From Desulfohalobiaceae bacterium (GTDB lineage Bacteria > Desulfobacterota > Desulfovibrionia > Desulfovibrionales > Desulfothermaceae), in assembly GCA_027063985.1 (NCBI GenBank), contig JAMOQN010000169.1:1-40100 (forward strand): a DNA stretch of 40,100 nucleotides, read 5' to 3'. Below, piece after piece: positions 9,299 through 18,694 of this stretch (position 1 is the stretch's first letter; each line of letters starts with the position of its first letter). The position numbers and the translations under genes were made by a program. Below the pieces are notes generated by a model that saw only the letters and a program-made list of their open reading frames with translations, did no database searches and was not told the DNA's origin.

Positions 9299-11140
9299 AT
9301 GGGAGATAATTTGAGTTACAATGAAAAATTAAGAAATATTGCCATAATAGCCCATGTTGATCATGGGAAGACAACCCTTGTGGACAATATGTTTAAACAG
9401 AGCGGCCTGTTCAGGGAAAATATCCAGTTAGAAGAGAGAATATTGGATAGGCTGGATTTAGAGAGAGAAAGGGGAATTACCATAGCTGCAAAAAACTGTT
9501 CAGTAATGTGGAATGGGGTAAAGATAAATATAATTGACACCCCTGGACACGCAGATTTTGGGGGAGAGGTGGAAAGGGCCTTATCCATGGCTGATGGGGC
9601 AATTTTATTGGTAGATGCATCTGAGGGCCCTCTGCCACAGACCAGATTTGTCCTTAAAAAGGCACTTGATGCAGGGCTTTCCATTATTGTGTGTATAAAT
9701 AAAATAGATAGAAAGGATGCACGGCCAGATGAAGTACTGGATGAAATCTATGACCTTTTGATAGATCTTGATGCCACAGAAGAACAACTGGATTTTCCTT
9801 TGTTGTATGCAATTGGAAAACAGGGAATTGCTAAAAGAAATCTAGATGATGAAAACAAAGACCTCACCCCTTTATTTGAGACCATATTAAAATATGTGCC
9901 TCCACCATCATATAAAAAGGACCTGCCTTTTCAAATGTTGGTCTCTGATCTAAGTTATTCAGATTATCTTGGAAGGTTAGCTATAGGTAAGGTATTCAAT
10001 GGATATGTTGGTTCCAATGAAACATTGATATGTGTGAATGAAAAAAATGAGCACATACCCTTAAAGGTCACAAAACTACAAATTTATGAAGGGCTTAACT
10101 TGAGAGAAACAGATAGAGTAGAACCAGGTGATATTGTTGTTTTATCTGGAATTGAAGAGGTAAAAATAGGTGATACCATCTGTACAAGAGATAATCCATG
10201 CGCCCTTGAAAGGATTAGAGTTGATGAGCCCATTGTATCCATGAGATTTACAATAAACACAAGTCCATTTGCAGGCAGGGAAGGCAAATATGTCCAGTCT
10301 AGAAAATTAAAGGAAAGGCTCTTTAAAGAGACCCTTAAAGATGTGTCAATTCAGGTAGAGGAAATGCCAGATTCAGACAGTTTTTTAGTTAAGGGAAGAG
10401 GCGAATTTCAACTTGCAATCTTAATTGAGACAATGCGCAGGGAAGGATATGAGATGTGTGTTGGCAGACCTGAAGTGATTTTTAAGGAAGAGGATGGAAA
10501 GATAATGGAGCCATTGGAGCGGGTTTTAATTGATTGTGAAGAAGAATTTATGGGGGTTGTGACAGAGAAGTTGTCTTTGAGAAAAGGGAAGATGGTAAAT
10601 CTTATTAATAACGGAAAGGGCAGGGTGCGCATGGAATTTATAATACCTGCAAGGGGATTAATCGGGTATAGAAACGAATTTTTAACTGACACAAAGGGAT
10701 CAGGTATAATGAACAGCCTGTTTGAAGGTTATGGGGAATTTGCTGGAGAGATCAAAGGAAGATTTACAGGATCCATTGTATCAGACAGACAGGGAGTTTG
10801 TGTGGCTTATGCGCTCTTTAATCTGGAACCCAGGGGTAGGTTGTTTGTAACACCTGGTGAGCCTGTTTATGAAGGGATGATAATTGGAGAGCACAACAGG
10901 AATACAGATATTAATGTAAATCCATGTAAAACTAAAAAATTGACAAACCTAAGGGCAGCAGGAAAGGACGAGGCAGTAACATTGACACCAATAATTCCCA
11001 TGACACTTGAGAAAGCAATACAATTTATTAAAGACGATGAAATGGTAGAAGTGACTCCTAAATCAATAAGGCTCAGGAAGTCTTGTTTAAGTGCATCTAA
11101 AAGACATGCATTAAATTCAGCAAAGAAAAAAAGAATGTAA
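9299..11140 (+). CDS. typA: Translational GTPase TypA/BipA
   Basis: AHVDHGKTT, RGITI, DTPGHADFGGEVER, NKID, GRGEFQLAILIETMRREG, EVTPKSIRLRK. Confidence 0.98.
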   Translation: MGDNLSYNEKLRNIAIIAHVDHGKTTLVDNMFKQSGLFRENIQLEERILDRLDLERERGITIAAKNCSVMWNGVKINIIDTPGHADFGGEVERALSMADGAILLVDASEGPLPQTRFVLKKALDAGLSIIVCINKIDRKDARPDEVLDEIYDLLIDLDATEEQLDFPLLYAIGKQGIAKRNLDDENKDLTPLFETILKYVPPPSYKKDLPFQMLVSDLSYSDYLGRLAIGKVFNGYVGSNETLICVNEKNEHIPLKVTKLQIYEGLNLRETDRVEPGDIVVLSGIEEVKIGDTICTRDNPCALERIRVDEPIVSMRFTINTSPFAGREGKYVQSRKLKERLFKETLKDVSIQVEEMPDSDSFLVKGRGEFQLAILIETMRREGYEMCVGRPEVIFKEEDGKIMEPLERVLIDCEEEFMGVVTEKLSLRKGKMVNLINNGKGRVRMEFIIPARGLIGYRNEFLTDTKGSGIMNSLFEGYGEFAGEIKGRFTGSIVSDRQGVCVAYALFNLEPRGRLFVTPGEPVYEGMIIGEHNRNTDINVNPCKTKKLTNLRAAGKDEAVTLTPIIPMTLEKAIQFIKDDEMVEVTPKSIRLRKSCLSASKRHALNSAKKKRM

Positions 11141-11330
11141 AATTTGGCATATAAGCCATATATCCTTTGTTTCACTTTAAGAAAAAGGGAAAGTCTGGAT
11201 TTTGGCTTTAGAAACGTTGTGATAATGTTCGTAAAATTGCAATATATGTGGTGAATGACATTAGGAGGACATCTAAAAGCAAATTTCTCCATTAAAGAAT
11301 TACAAGAGGCGTTAGATAGAGAGAGTCTTT

Positions 11331-12737
11331 ATGACAAATAATATTGATATGGAAATTCCATCTATTTTTTTAGAAAAGGGCATTGATTCCATTGAAAAAT
11401 TGTTGTGGCTTATAGAGAATTCCTATGATGGTTTTGTACTTAGTGATAAAAAGGGAAATATATTTTATGCAAATAAGGCAGTTGAAAGGATAACTGGAGG
11501 AAGGCGAGAGGATATTTATGCAAAGAATTTAAAGGACTTTTTAAAAGAAGGCCTTATAATTAACGACAAAAAGAGTTTTTCAGGTGATTGCATAAATATG
11601 AGTCACAGGACAAGGACTGGTGTTGAGGTGTTTATCACCAGTGTACCTGTTTATGATAAAAATGGTAATTTTTTGTGTTATGTTGCAAATTACAGGGAGA
11701 TGGCTGAGTTAAATGATATTCAGCGGGAACTCGAGAAGACTCAGGCAAAGAGCAATTCTTATTATATGGAGCTAAAAGAGCTTAGAAATAGGTTTTTAAA
11801 TTTAGAAGATGTGGTTGTAAAAAGCAAAAGCATGAGCTTACTTATTGAAAATATAGCGAAATTTGCGCCAACAGATGCACCAATTTTAATTACAGGTGAA
11901 TCTGGAGTTGGCAAGGGAGTTATTGCAAAACTGATACACAAAATGAGTAATAGGAGTGATGGTCCATTTATTCAAATAAATTGTGGTGCTATTCCTGAAA
12001 CACTTTTAGAAGCAGAGCTATTTGGCTATAAAAGGGGGGCATTTACCGGGGCAAATAAAACTGGAAAATTGGGTATATTTGAACTGGCGCAAAATGGCAC
12101 ACTTTTACTTGATGAAATTGCAGAAATATCACCAAAACTTCAGGTCAAGCTCTTAAAGGCCATCCAGGACCAGGAAATTTATCCTTTAGGTAGTATAAAA
12201 CCTGTTAAACTGGATGTTAGGATAATTTGTGCAACTAATAGAGATATTGAACAAATGGTTGAGGAGGGTTCCTTTAGAAAAGATCTCTACTATAGAATTA
12301 ATGTTATCCCTATTAATATTCCTCCTTTAAGGGAAAGAAAAGAAGATATAATCCCACTTGCATGTTATTTTCTGGAACAATTTTCTAAAAAATACAATAA
12401 AAAGAAGAGCTTGTCTCCAGATGTGTGTGATGTTTTTTTAAAATACCCCTGGCCAGGAAATGTGCGGGAACTTCAAAATGTGATGGAACGTCTTGTTATT
12501 ATTTTAGACAAAGACAAGATATATCCAGAAGATTTGCCCCATACTATTTTAAATAAAGTGGAGGCAACATATAATTATTTGAATTTGCCTTTAAAAGAAG
12601 CAAGAAAAAAATTGGAGATTAAGCTTATAAAACAGAGTTTAAAACAAAGCCGCAGTATAAGAGAGGCTGCAAAAAAATTAGGAATCAACCATTCCACTTT
12701 AATAAAAAAAATGAAACTCTATAACTTAGAGAAATAA
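11331..12737 (+). CDS. PAS-domain sigma-54-dependent transcriptional activator (bEBP)
   Basis: N-terminal PAS, Walker A GESGVGKG, GAFTGA loop, LLLDEI, WPGNVRELQN, C-terminal Fis-type HTH. The start could be 11349. Confidence 0.95.
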   Translation: MTNNIDMEIPSIFLEKGIDSIEKLLWLIENSYDGFVLSDKKGNIFYANKAVERITGGRREDIYAKNLKDFLKEGLIINDKKSFSGDCINMSHRTRTGVEVFITSVPVYDKNGNFLCYVANYREMAELNDIQRELEKTQAKSNSYYMELKELRNRFLNLEDVVVKSKSMSLLIENIAKFAPTDAPILITGESGVGKGVIAKLIHKMSNRSDGPFIQINCGAIPETLLEAELFGYKRGAFTGANKTGKLGIFELAQNGTLLLDEIAEISPKLQVKLLKAIQDQEIYPLGSIKPVKLDVRIICATNRDIEQMVEEGSFRKDLYYRINVIPINIPPLRERKEDIIPLACYFLEQFSKKYNKKKSLSPDVCDVFLKYPWPGNVRELQNVMERLVIILDKDKIYPEDLPHTILNKVEATYNYLNLPLKEARKKLEIKLIKQSLKQSRSIREAAKKLGINHSTLIKKMKLYNLEK

Positions 12738-12779
12738 TTTACCTTATTTTTATATAGCAACCTGATAAATCACTCCTTA

Positions 12780-12898
12780 TGGTTGACAGGTGAACCGCCT
12801 GGTTGATTTTAACACCGTCTATTTGTTTTCTTTAATTGCTTTTAATTAGCCACCCTAAGAAGATTTTATGGATATCCAAGTGGTGCTAATTGTCACCA
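12780..12898. promoter_or_regulatory. Three related 18-bp palindromes, candidate enhancer (UAS) sites
   Basis: TGGTT-gacaggtg-AACCG (12780-12797), TGGTT-gattttaa-CACCG (12800-12817), TGGTG-ctaattgt-CACCA (12881-12898). Consensus GGT-N10-ACC. Confidence 0.65.
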
Positions 12899-12946
12899 TA
12901 AATTTTGTTTTATATTTTTTTCTCATGAAGATTAAAAGGTTATTTA

Positions 12947-12962
12947 TGGCATGATCTATGCT
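12947..12962 (+). promoter_or_regulatory. Sigma-54 -24/-12 promoter (distal)
   Basis: TGGCATGATCTATGCT = TGGCA with GG-N10-GC spacing. Confidence 0.6.
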
Positions 12963-13021
12963 CACATATACAATATGATGCTAGTCTGGAAGTATTTGTT
13001 GTTATTTCAATCAGTTACTAG

Positions 13022-13037
13022 TGGCATACTAGTTGCC
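13022..13037 (+). promoter_or_regulatory. Sigma-54 -24/-12 promoter (proximal)
   Basis: TGGCATACTAGTTGCC, near-consensus TGGCA-N6-TTGC. IHF-like TTTCAATCAGTTA at 13005-13017; the RBS of the next gene follows. Confidence 0.8.
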
Positions 13038-13064
13038 GTTTAAATTAAAAAATGGGAGGAAAAA

Positions 13065-14591
13065 ATGGCTGTTAAGACTTTTGAAGATTATTTTAATAGA
13101 CTCAAGAAAATGAAGTCCAATGTTTATATTAATGGTGAGAAAGTGAGTAGAACAGATGAGAGGTTACGTCCTGGGATAAATGTGATAAAGGAGACTTATG
13201 ATTGTGCAAATAATCCCGAGTTTGAAGATATCTGTGTTACTACATCTCATCTTACAGGAGAAAAAATAAGCAGGTTTTGTCATATTCATCAAAGTGTAGA
13301 GGATCTTTTGAAAAAGCAATTAATGACCAGGCTTTTGTGTCATAGAGTGGGTGGGTGCATTCAAAGGTGTATGGGTATTGATGCAATGAATGCCCTCTCT
13401 GTTGTAACTTATGAGATGGATCAGATGCTTGGAACAGACCATTATGAGCGCTTTAAAAATTATTTAAAGTATTTCCAGGAAAATGATTTGTGTGCCAATT
13501 GTGCCCAGACAGATGCAAAAGGAGACAGGCTAAGAAGACCTCATGAACAGAAAGATAGAGATATGTACTTACGCATAGTAGAGACTAGAGAAGATGGTAT
13601 TGTTGTTAGAGGGGCAAAACTCCACAATACCATTGCACCTTATGCAGATGAGATAATAGTTATTCCCACCAGATTTATGACTGATAAAGACAGTGAGTAT
13701 GCAGTGGCATTTGCCATTCCAGCAGATACTGAAGGTGTGAAGATTGTGGCAAGATATGCATATCAACATAAAAGAAAGCATTTAAAGGCACCTATTGCAA
13801 AATTTGGTGATGCTGAATCTTTTACTATATTTGACGATGTATTTGTACCAAATGAAAGAGTATTTTTAAATGGTAAATCTGATCCAAGACAGACGCCATT
13901 TGCAGGTTATTTGGCCTTACTTTTTGCTCATTTTCACAGACATTCTTATACTGGTTGCAAACCAGCAATCAGTGAAGTCTTGGCCAGTGCAACTGCCCTT
14001 GTAGCGGAGTACAATGGTATTGAAAAAGAGTCCCATGTAAAAGAAAAATTATCTCACTTAATAGGGACCGCAGAACTTGTTTTTGCTGCAGGACAGGCAA
14101 GTGCATATAGAGGAGAGAAGTCTGAATCTGGCACATATATACCAGATGAGATTTTAACCAATGTGGGTCGGAGACTGGCTGGGGAAGAAATATACAATGA
14201 ATATAAAATCCTTGCGGATATTGCAGGGGGACTTGCGGCAACCCTGCCCATGGAAGGAGATTTTTATGCCCAGGAGACAAAGGAGCTACTTAATAAATAT
14301 ATGGTGAGAAACCCAAATATTTCTGCAGAAGATCAGCATAGATGTTTTAGGTTTATTGAGAATATTTTGGTTTCAGAATTGGCGGGAGTCATGCAGGTGG
14401 CTGGTCTGCATGGAGGAGGATCTCCTCAAATGGAGACTATTACTATGATGTCTAGATATGATGTAAATTCTTTAAAGAATATTGCAAAATATTTAGCCGG
14501 GATAGAAGATAAGCTACCTCGGTATGAAAGACCTACTGTGACCCCCAAAAAGATGTTGGAAAAATTTCGGATGTTGTTTAAAGGTAAATAA
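13065..14591 (+). CDS. 4-hydroxybutyryl-CoA dehydratase/vinylacetyl-CoA isomerase (AbfD) family FAD/[4Fe-4S] protein, atypical paralog
   Basis: CIQRC (C98, C102), HRHSYTGCK (H291, Y295, C298, K299), AQTDAKGDR, RGAKLHNT, HGGGSP. Confidence 0.85.
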   Translation: MAVKTFEDYFNRLKKMKSNVYINGEKVSRTDERLRPGINVIKETYDCANNPEFEDICVTTSHLTGEKISRFCHIHQSVEDLLKKQLMTRLLCHRVGGCIQRCMGIDAMNALSVVTYEMDQMLGTDHYERFKNYLKYFQENDLCANCAQTDAKGDRLRRPHEQKDRDMYLRIVETREDGIVVRGAKLHNTIAPYADEIIVIPTRFMTDKDSEYAVAFAIPADTEGVKIVARYAYQHKRKHLKAPIAKFGDAESFTIFDDVFVPNERVFLNGKSDPRQTPFAGYLALLFAHFHRHSYTGCKPAISEVLASATALVAEYNGIEKESHVKEKLSHLIGTAELVFAAGQASAYRGEKSESGTYIPDEILTNVGRRLAGEEIYNEYKILADIAGGLAATLPMEGDFYAQETKELLNKYMVRNPNISAEDQHRCFRFIENILVSELAGVMQVAGLHGGGSPQMETITMMSRYDVNSLKNIAKYLAGIEDKLPRYERPTVTPKKMLEKFRMLFKGK

Positions 14592-14649
14592 AAAGGATTT
14601 GGACCAGTTTGAAATAAACTAGTTAACTCTTTAAATTTTGGAGGTGGCT

Positions 14650-15948
14650 ATGTCTAGCCCTTGTGTATCTGTTGTTAGATATAAAGATCCTTATGATTCT
14701 TTAAAAGAGGCCATTGATTTAATAAATGGCCTAGAAGACTTCCATCCACAGGATAGGATTTTGATAAAACCCAATTTAGTTGCCTGGGACTTTGATTTAC
14801 CATTTCCTCCATATGGAGTAGTAACTACTGCTGTATTAATGGAAGCCCTTGTTAAAATTTTGCATGATGCAGGGTTTCACCATATAATAATTGGTGAGGC
14901 CACGTTAAATATACATAAAAAAGATATGGGGCTTGCAATATATAAACAAATGGGCTTTGATAAATTAGAACAACGATATGGAGTGGAACTTGTTGATTTC
15001 AATCTAGACGAGTTTGAAGATGTGGATTTTGGTGACTTCTCTTTGTCTGTAGCAAAAAAGGCTGTTCATGCTGACAAGATAATAAATTTTCCTGTACTAA
15101 AAACTCATAACCAGGCAACTGTCTCTCTTGGGATTAAGAATTTAAAGGGATGTCTTAATAGAAAGTCAAAGATGTTTTGTCACCATAAAGATAGAGATTT
15201 AAATTATATGTTTCCACATATTATAGAAAAGTTGCCTGTAGCTTTGACAATAATTGATGGTATATTTGCGCTGGAAAAAGGGCCTGCACAAACAGGTAAG
15301 GCGTATAGAAAGGACCTTATAGTTGCTTCAAAAGATCCATTTGCATGTGATGTAGTTGGAGCAAAAATCCTTGGTTATGACGTAGATGAAGTAGAGCATT
15401 TAAAGTATTTTGCCAAGGTCCACAAAATTGACTATAAAATAGAAGATGTGGAGATAAAAGGAGAAGACCTTAAAACACATATAGAACGAATTGAAAGTGA
15501 CTGGGAATGGACAGAAGACAACACAATGCCCATGGGGTTTAAAAAAAGGGGAATATCGGGAATTGCAATTAGAAAGTATGACAATACCCTGTGCACAGGT
15601 TGCTCTATGATGTATAATCCAATGTTAATACTTGTTATGTCTGCATTTAAAGGCGAACCCTTTAAAAATGTAGAACTTGTATCAGGTAAAAAACAGATTG
15701 CATCTAAAGGATATGATTATACAGTTTTATTTGGGAATTGTGCGTGTAAATTAAATAAAGATAATCCAAATATTAAAACCCCTATTCCAATAAAAGGGTG
15801 TCCTCCAAAATTTGATAAAATAATAGAAGGGTTAAAATTAGCTGGACTTGAGTGCAACTATAAGGATTACGAGGCATATAGACATTATATTTTTTCCAGG
15901 TATAAAAAACAAGATGGTTTTGATATGGAGCTCTATTGTATAACATAA
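14650..15948 (+). CDS. DUF362 domain Fe-S protein with C-terminal Cys-rich extension
   Basis: ILIKPNLV, INFPVLKTH, LGIKNLKGC, IIDGI, DPFACD; C-terminal CTGC...GNC...GCPP. ATG 14650 follows GGAGGT. Confidence 0.85.
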   Translation: MSSPCVSVVRYKDPYDSLKEAIDLINGLEDFHPQDRILIKPNLVAWDFDLPFPPYGVVTTAVLMEALVKILHDAGFHHIIIGEATLNIHKKDMGLAIYKQMGFDKLEQRYGVELVDFNLDEFEDVDFGDFSLSVAKKAVHADKIINFPVLKTHNQATVSLGIKNLKGCLNRKSKMFCHHKDRDLNYMFPHIIEKLPVALTIIDGIFALEKGPAQTGKAYRKDLIVASKDPFACDVVGAKILGYDVDEVEHLKYFAKVHKIDYKIEDVEIKGEDLKTHIERIESDWEWTEDNTMPMGFKKRGISGIAIRKYDNTLCTGCSMMYNPMLILVMSAFKGEPFKNVELVSGKKQIASKGYDYTVLFGNCACKLNKDNPNIKTPIPIKGCPPKFDKIIEGLKLAGLECNYKDYEAYRHYIFSRYKKQDGFDMELYCIT

Positions 15949-16003
15949 TAAATATAATGCATTTTCATAGTATTTTCAATCTTTCAAGATTCACATTAAC
16001 TTG

Positions 16004-16032
16004 TTGATTTTATTGTTTGAATTAGGTAACAT
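16004..16032 (+). promoter_or_regulatory. Possible sigma-70 promoter overlapped by an IHF-like site
   Basis: TTGATT-17 bp-TAACAT; AATCAACAAGTTA on the minus strand at 15997-16009. Confidence 0.35.
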
Positions 16033-16106
16033 TATATCAGAGCGAGGTAAAATCATTTGTTTATAGATTTAATTTAATCAACCAAGAACAAATACAAGGA
16101 TTTGGT

Positions 16107-17576
16107 ATGGAAAATAAAAGGATTATAAACCATCCCCTAAATACAATATTAAATCCAGACTCAATTGCCTTTGTTGGTGCGTCTTCTGATCTTTCTAAAC
16201 CTGGAGCACTGCATTTACTTTCATTAATAGGAACCTTTAAAGGTAAGATATACCCAATACATCCAAGGGAAAGACAAATATTAGGTCTGAGGGCGTATAG
16301 CTCTATAAAAGATTTACCAGAAATAGTTGACCTGCTGGTTGTTATGGTGCCAAATGCATCTGTTCCTAAATTACTTATGGAGGCAGGAGAAAAGGGTATA
16401 AAACACGCAATTATAATTACTGCTGGCTATTCTGAAATGGGTGATAAGGGCCAAGAGCTTCAAAAAGAGATTAATGAGATAGCTCATAAATATAACATAA
16501 GGTTTTTAGGGCCCAATTGTATTGGTGCAGTTAACCCTGAAAATGGTTTAAATACTACTTTTTTTGCAATAAAAAATAGCCCTGGACACCTTGGAATAAT
16601 ATCACAGAGTGGCAGTTTTGTTACCCAGACCCTTCACTATTTTTCAAAAATAGGTCTTGGGATTAGTAAGGCAATAAGCGTTGGAAATCAGGCAAATATA
16701 GATGTGGTTGATTGTTTAGAATATCTTGGAGAAGATCCAAACACCCATGCAATTGCCCTGTATATTGAAGGCATAAAAAGGGTTAGGCAATTTTTGGAGG
16801 TATCAAAAAAGATTGTCCCTAAAAAGCCTATTATTGCTGTATATGCTGGTGGCACTCAAGCAGGTGCCAGGGCCACAATTTCCCACACGGCAGCCCTGTC
16901 AGGTAAAGACGAATTATATGATGGACTTTTTAAACAAGCGGGCATTATCAGGGCAGATTCCATTATTGAACTTTTTGATATGGGACTTGTTTTATCAACT
17001 CAACCATGTCTAGAAAACAATAGGATAGGTATTATAACAAATTCAGGAGGACCAGGGGCCTGTATTGCAGACCAATGTGAAAGACAGGGGCTTGTTGTTC
17101 CGCAATTATCTGAAGATACACAAAAAATTATATCAAAGATAACTCCATCTATTTCTGCACTGAAAAATCCCATAGATATCACACTTAGTTTTGATTATGA
17201 ATTGCTTATTTATAAGCTACCAAAAATATTATTTGAAAGAGAAGATATAGGTGGTATTGTTATTTATGGTTTATTTGGACCTATGCATATGAGAGATAAA
17301 ATAAATAGTGTCAAGCATAAAGTAAAAGAAATACCATCAGAAATGGTAGAATTTATGCATCAAATTTGCATGCAGGCCTGTGATAGGCTTATTGAACTAA
17401 AAAAAAGAGTAAATAAACCAATTATATTGTCTTCTTTAACAGGTGCAGAAGATCCTCCAATAAAATATCTACAGGAAAATAATATTCCTGTTGTCTTGGG
17501 TATGAAAAGGGCTGTTTTATGTTTAAAGGCCTTGTGGGATTACAATAATATCAAAAAAAATATTATTGAAGGATGA
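16107..17576 (+). CDS. acdA: ADP-forming acyl-CoA synthetase (acetate-CoA ligase family), alpha subunit
   Basis: CoA-binding domain (SIAFVGAS, GPNCIG, SQSG, VGNQA), catalytic His in ISHTAALSG, TNSGGPG, NPIDIT. Confidence 0.9.
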   Translation: MENKRIINHPLNTILNPDSIAFVGASSDLSKPGALHLLSLIGTFKGKIYPIHPRERQILGLRAYSSIKDLPEIVDLLVVMVPNASVPKLLMEAGEKGIKHAIIITAGYSEMGDKGQELQKEINEIAHKYNIRFLGPNCIGAVNPENGLNTTFFAIKNSPGHLGIISQSGSFVTQTLHYFSKIGLGISKAISVGNQANIDVVDCLEYLGEDPNTHAIALYIEGIKRVRQFLEVSKKIVPKKPIIAVYAGGTQAGARATISHTAALSGKDELYDGLFKQAGIIRADSIIELFDMGLVLSTQPCLENNRIGIITNSGGPGACIADQCERQGLVVPQLSEDTQKIISKITPSISALKNPIDITLSFDYELLIYKLPKILFEREDIGGIVIYGLFGPMHMRDKINSVKHKVKEIPSEMVEFMHQICMQACDRLIELKKRVNKPIILSSLTGAEDPPIKYLQENNIPVVLGMKRAVLCLKALWDYNNIKKNIIEG

Positions 17577-17580
17577 TTAT

Positions 17581-18225
17581 ATGAAAGAACAAAAAATATT
17601 ATCTGAATATGATAGTAAAAATATATTAAGGGAGGCAGGTGTTTTAGTGTGTAAAGAAATTTTGGCTAAAGATCTTACAGAGGTGAGAAAAGCAATAGCA
17701 GAAATTGGATATCCAGTGGTACTAAAACCATCTTTACCTGGTCTTGCACATAAGTCAGAACATAAAGTGGTTTTTTTAGATGTAAAGTCAGATCAAGAAG
17801 CAGAAAATGCATACAATATTATAAAAGATAAATTTCCAGAAGCAAAGATCTTAGTGCAGGAGATGGTGAATAACCAGCGAGAAGTGGTTGTTGGTTTTAT
17901 AAGGGATAGGATAATGGGTCCATGTGTGATGTTTGGACTAGGAGGAATTTTTACTGAGATCCTAAGAGATATTACTTTTAGATTGGCTCCAGTAAGTTTT
18001 AAAGAAGCTATGATGATGCTTCAGGACATTAAGGGAAAGAAGATCCTTGAAAGTGTGAGATCTCTTGTAGAAGTTGATAAAAATGCCCTTGCCGATATTA
18101 TAGTAAAGGTGTCCAATATTGGAGCAAACAATAACCATATTAAAGAGATAGATATAAATCCCATATGTTTTAATGAGCAAGGAACTCCTATAGTTGTAGA
18201 TTGCAGTGTGATTTTGAATAATTAG
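17581..18225 (+). CDS. acdB: ADP-forming acyl-CoA synthetase, beta (ATP-grasp) subunit
   Basis: LSEYDSK, IGYPVVLK, AHKSE, LVQEMV, GPCVMFGLGGIFTE, EIDINP. Confidence 0.9.
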   Translation: MKEQKILSEYDSKNILREAGVLVCKEILAKDLTEVRKAIAEIGYPVVLKPSLPGLAHKSEHKVVFLDVKSDQEAENAYNIIKDKFPEAKILVQEMVNNQREVVVGFIRDRIMGPCVMFGLGGIFTEILRDITFRLAPVSFKEAMMMLQDIKGKKILESVRSLVEVDKNALADIIVKVSNIGANNNHIKEIDINPICFNEQGTPIVVDCSVILNN

Positions 18226-18232
18226 AAGAGAT

Positions 18233-18694
18233 ATGATAATAAGACAGGTAACATATGATGATATAGACAATTTTGTTGAGGCCTATACAAAGGCTTATGA
18301 AGATCTTGATGATTATAAGTATCATACAAAAAAAGAAGTGAGAAATTATTTTAAATGGCTTTATAAAAGAGATAAAGAGGGTTTTTTTGTTGCTGAAGAG
18401 GGAGATAAAATTGCTGGATTTGCTGCCTCAGATGCTAACTGGATTAATTTAAAAGGAGAAAGGATTTTAGAGATTCATGAGATCTTTGTTTTAAAGGAAT
18501 TTAAAAGAAAAGGGGTGGGAGATAGGCTATTGGAAAAGGTTTTTGAGTATGGAATTAGACAGGGAAGAAAGAGTGTTGAGCTTTGGGTCGGAAAAACTAA
18601 TTTTCATGCTATGAGGTTTTATGAAAAGTTTGGGTTTAAAAAAATTGGAGAAAAGGGGAAATGGGTAAAAATGAGAAGATCCTTAATTTGTTAA
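18233..18694 (+). CDS. GNAT family N-acetyltransferase
   Basis: Motif A IFV...KRKGVG..LL and motif B N..A.RFYEKFGF. Confidence 0.92.
   Translation: MIIRQVTYDDIDNFVEAYTKAYEDLDDYKYHTKKEVRNYFKWLYKRDKEGFFVAEEGDKIAGFAASDANWINLKGERILEIHEIFVLKEFKRKGVGDRLLEKVFEYGIRQGRKSVELWVGKTNFHAMRFYEKFGFKKIGEKGKWVKMRRSLIC

Noticed and set aside
11255-11341. 28-aa ORF MTLGGHLKANFSIKELQEALDRESLYDK overlapping the activator start
   Set aside because: Looks protein-like but has no SD before its ATG and no family I can name; at most a remnant.
13065-14591. Annotation as 4-hydroxyphenylacetate 3-monooxygenase (HpaB)
   Set aside because: Same fold, but the CxxxC and H..C Fe-S ligands are AbfD features, no flavin reductase gene is adjacent, and the gene context is anaerobic.
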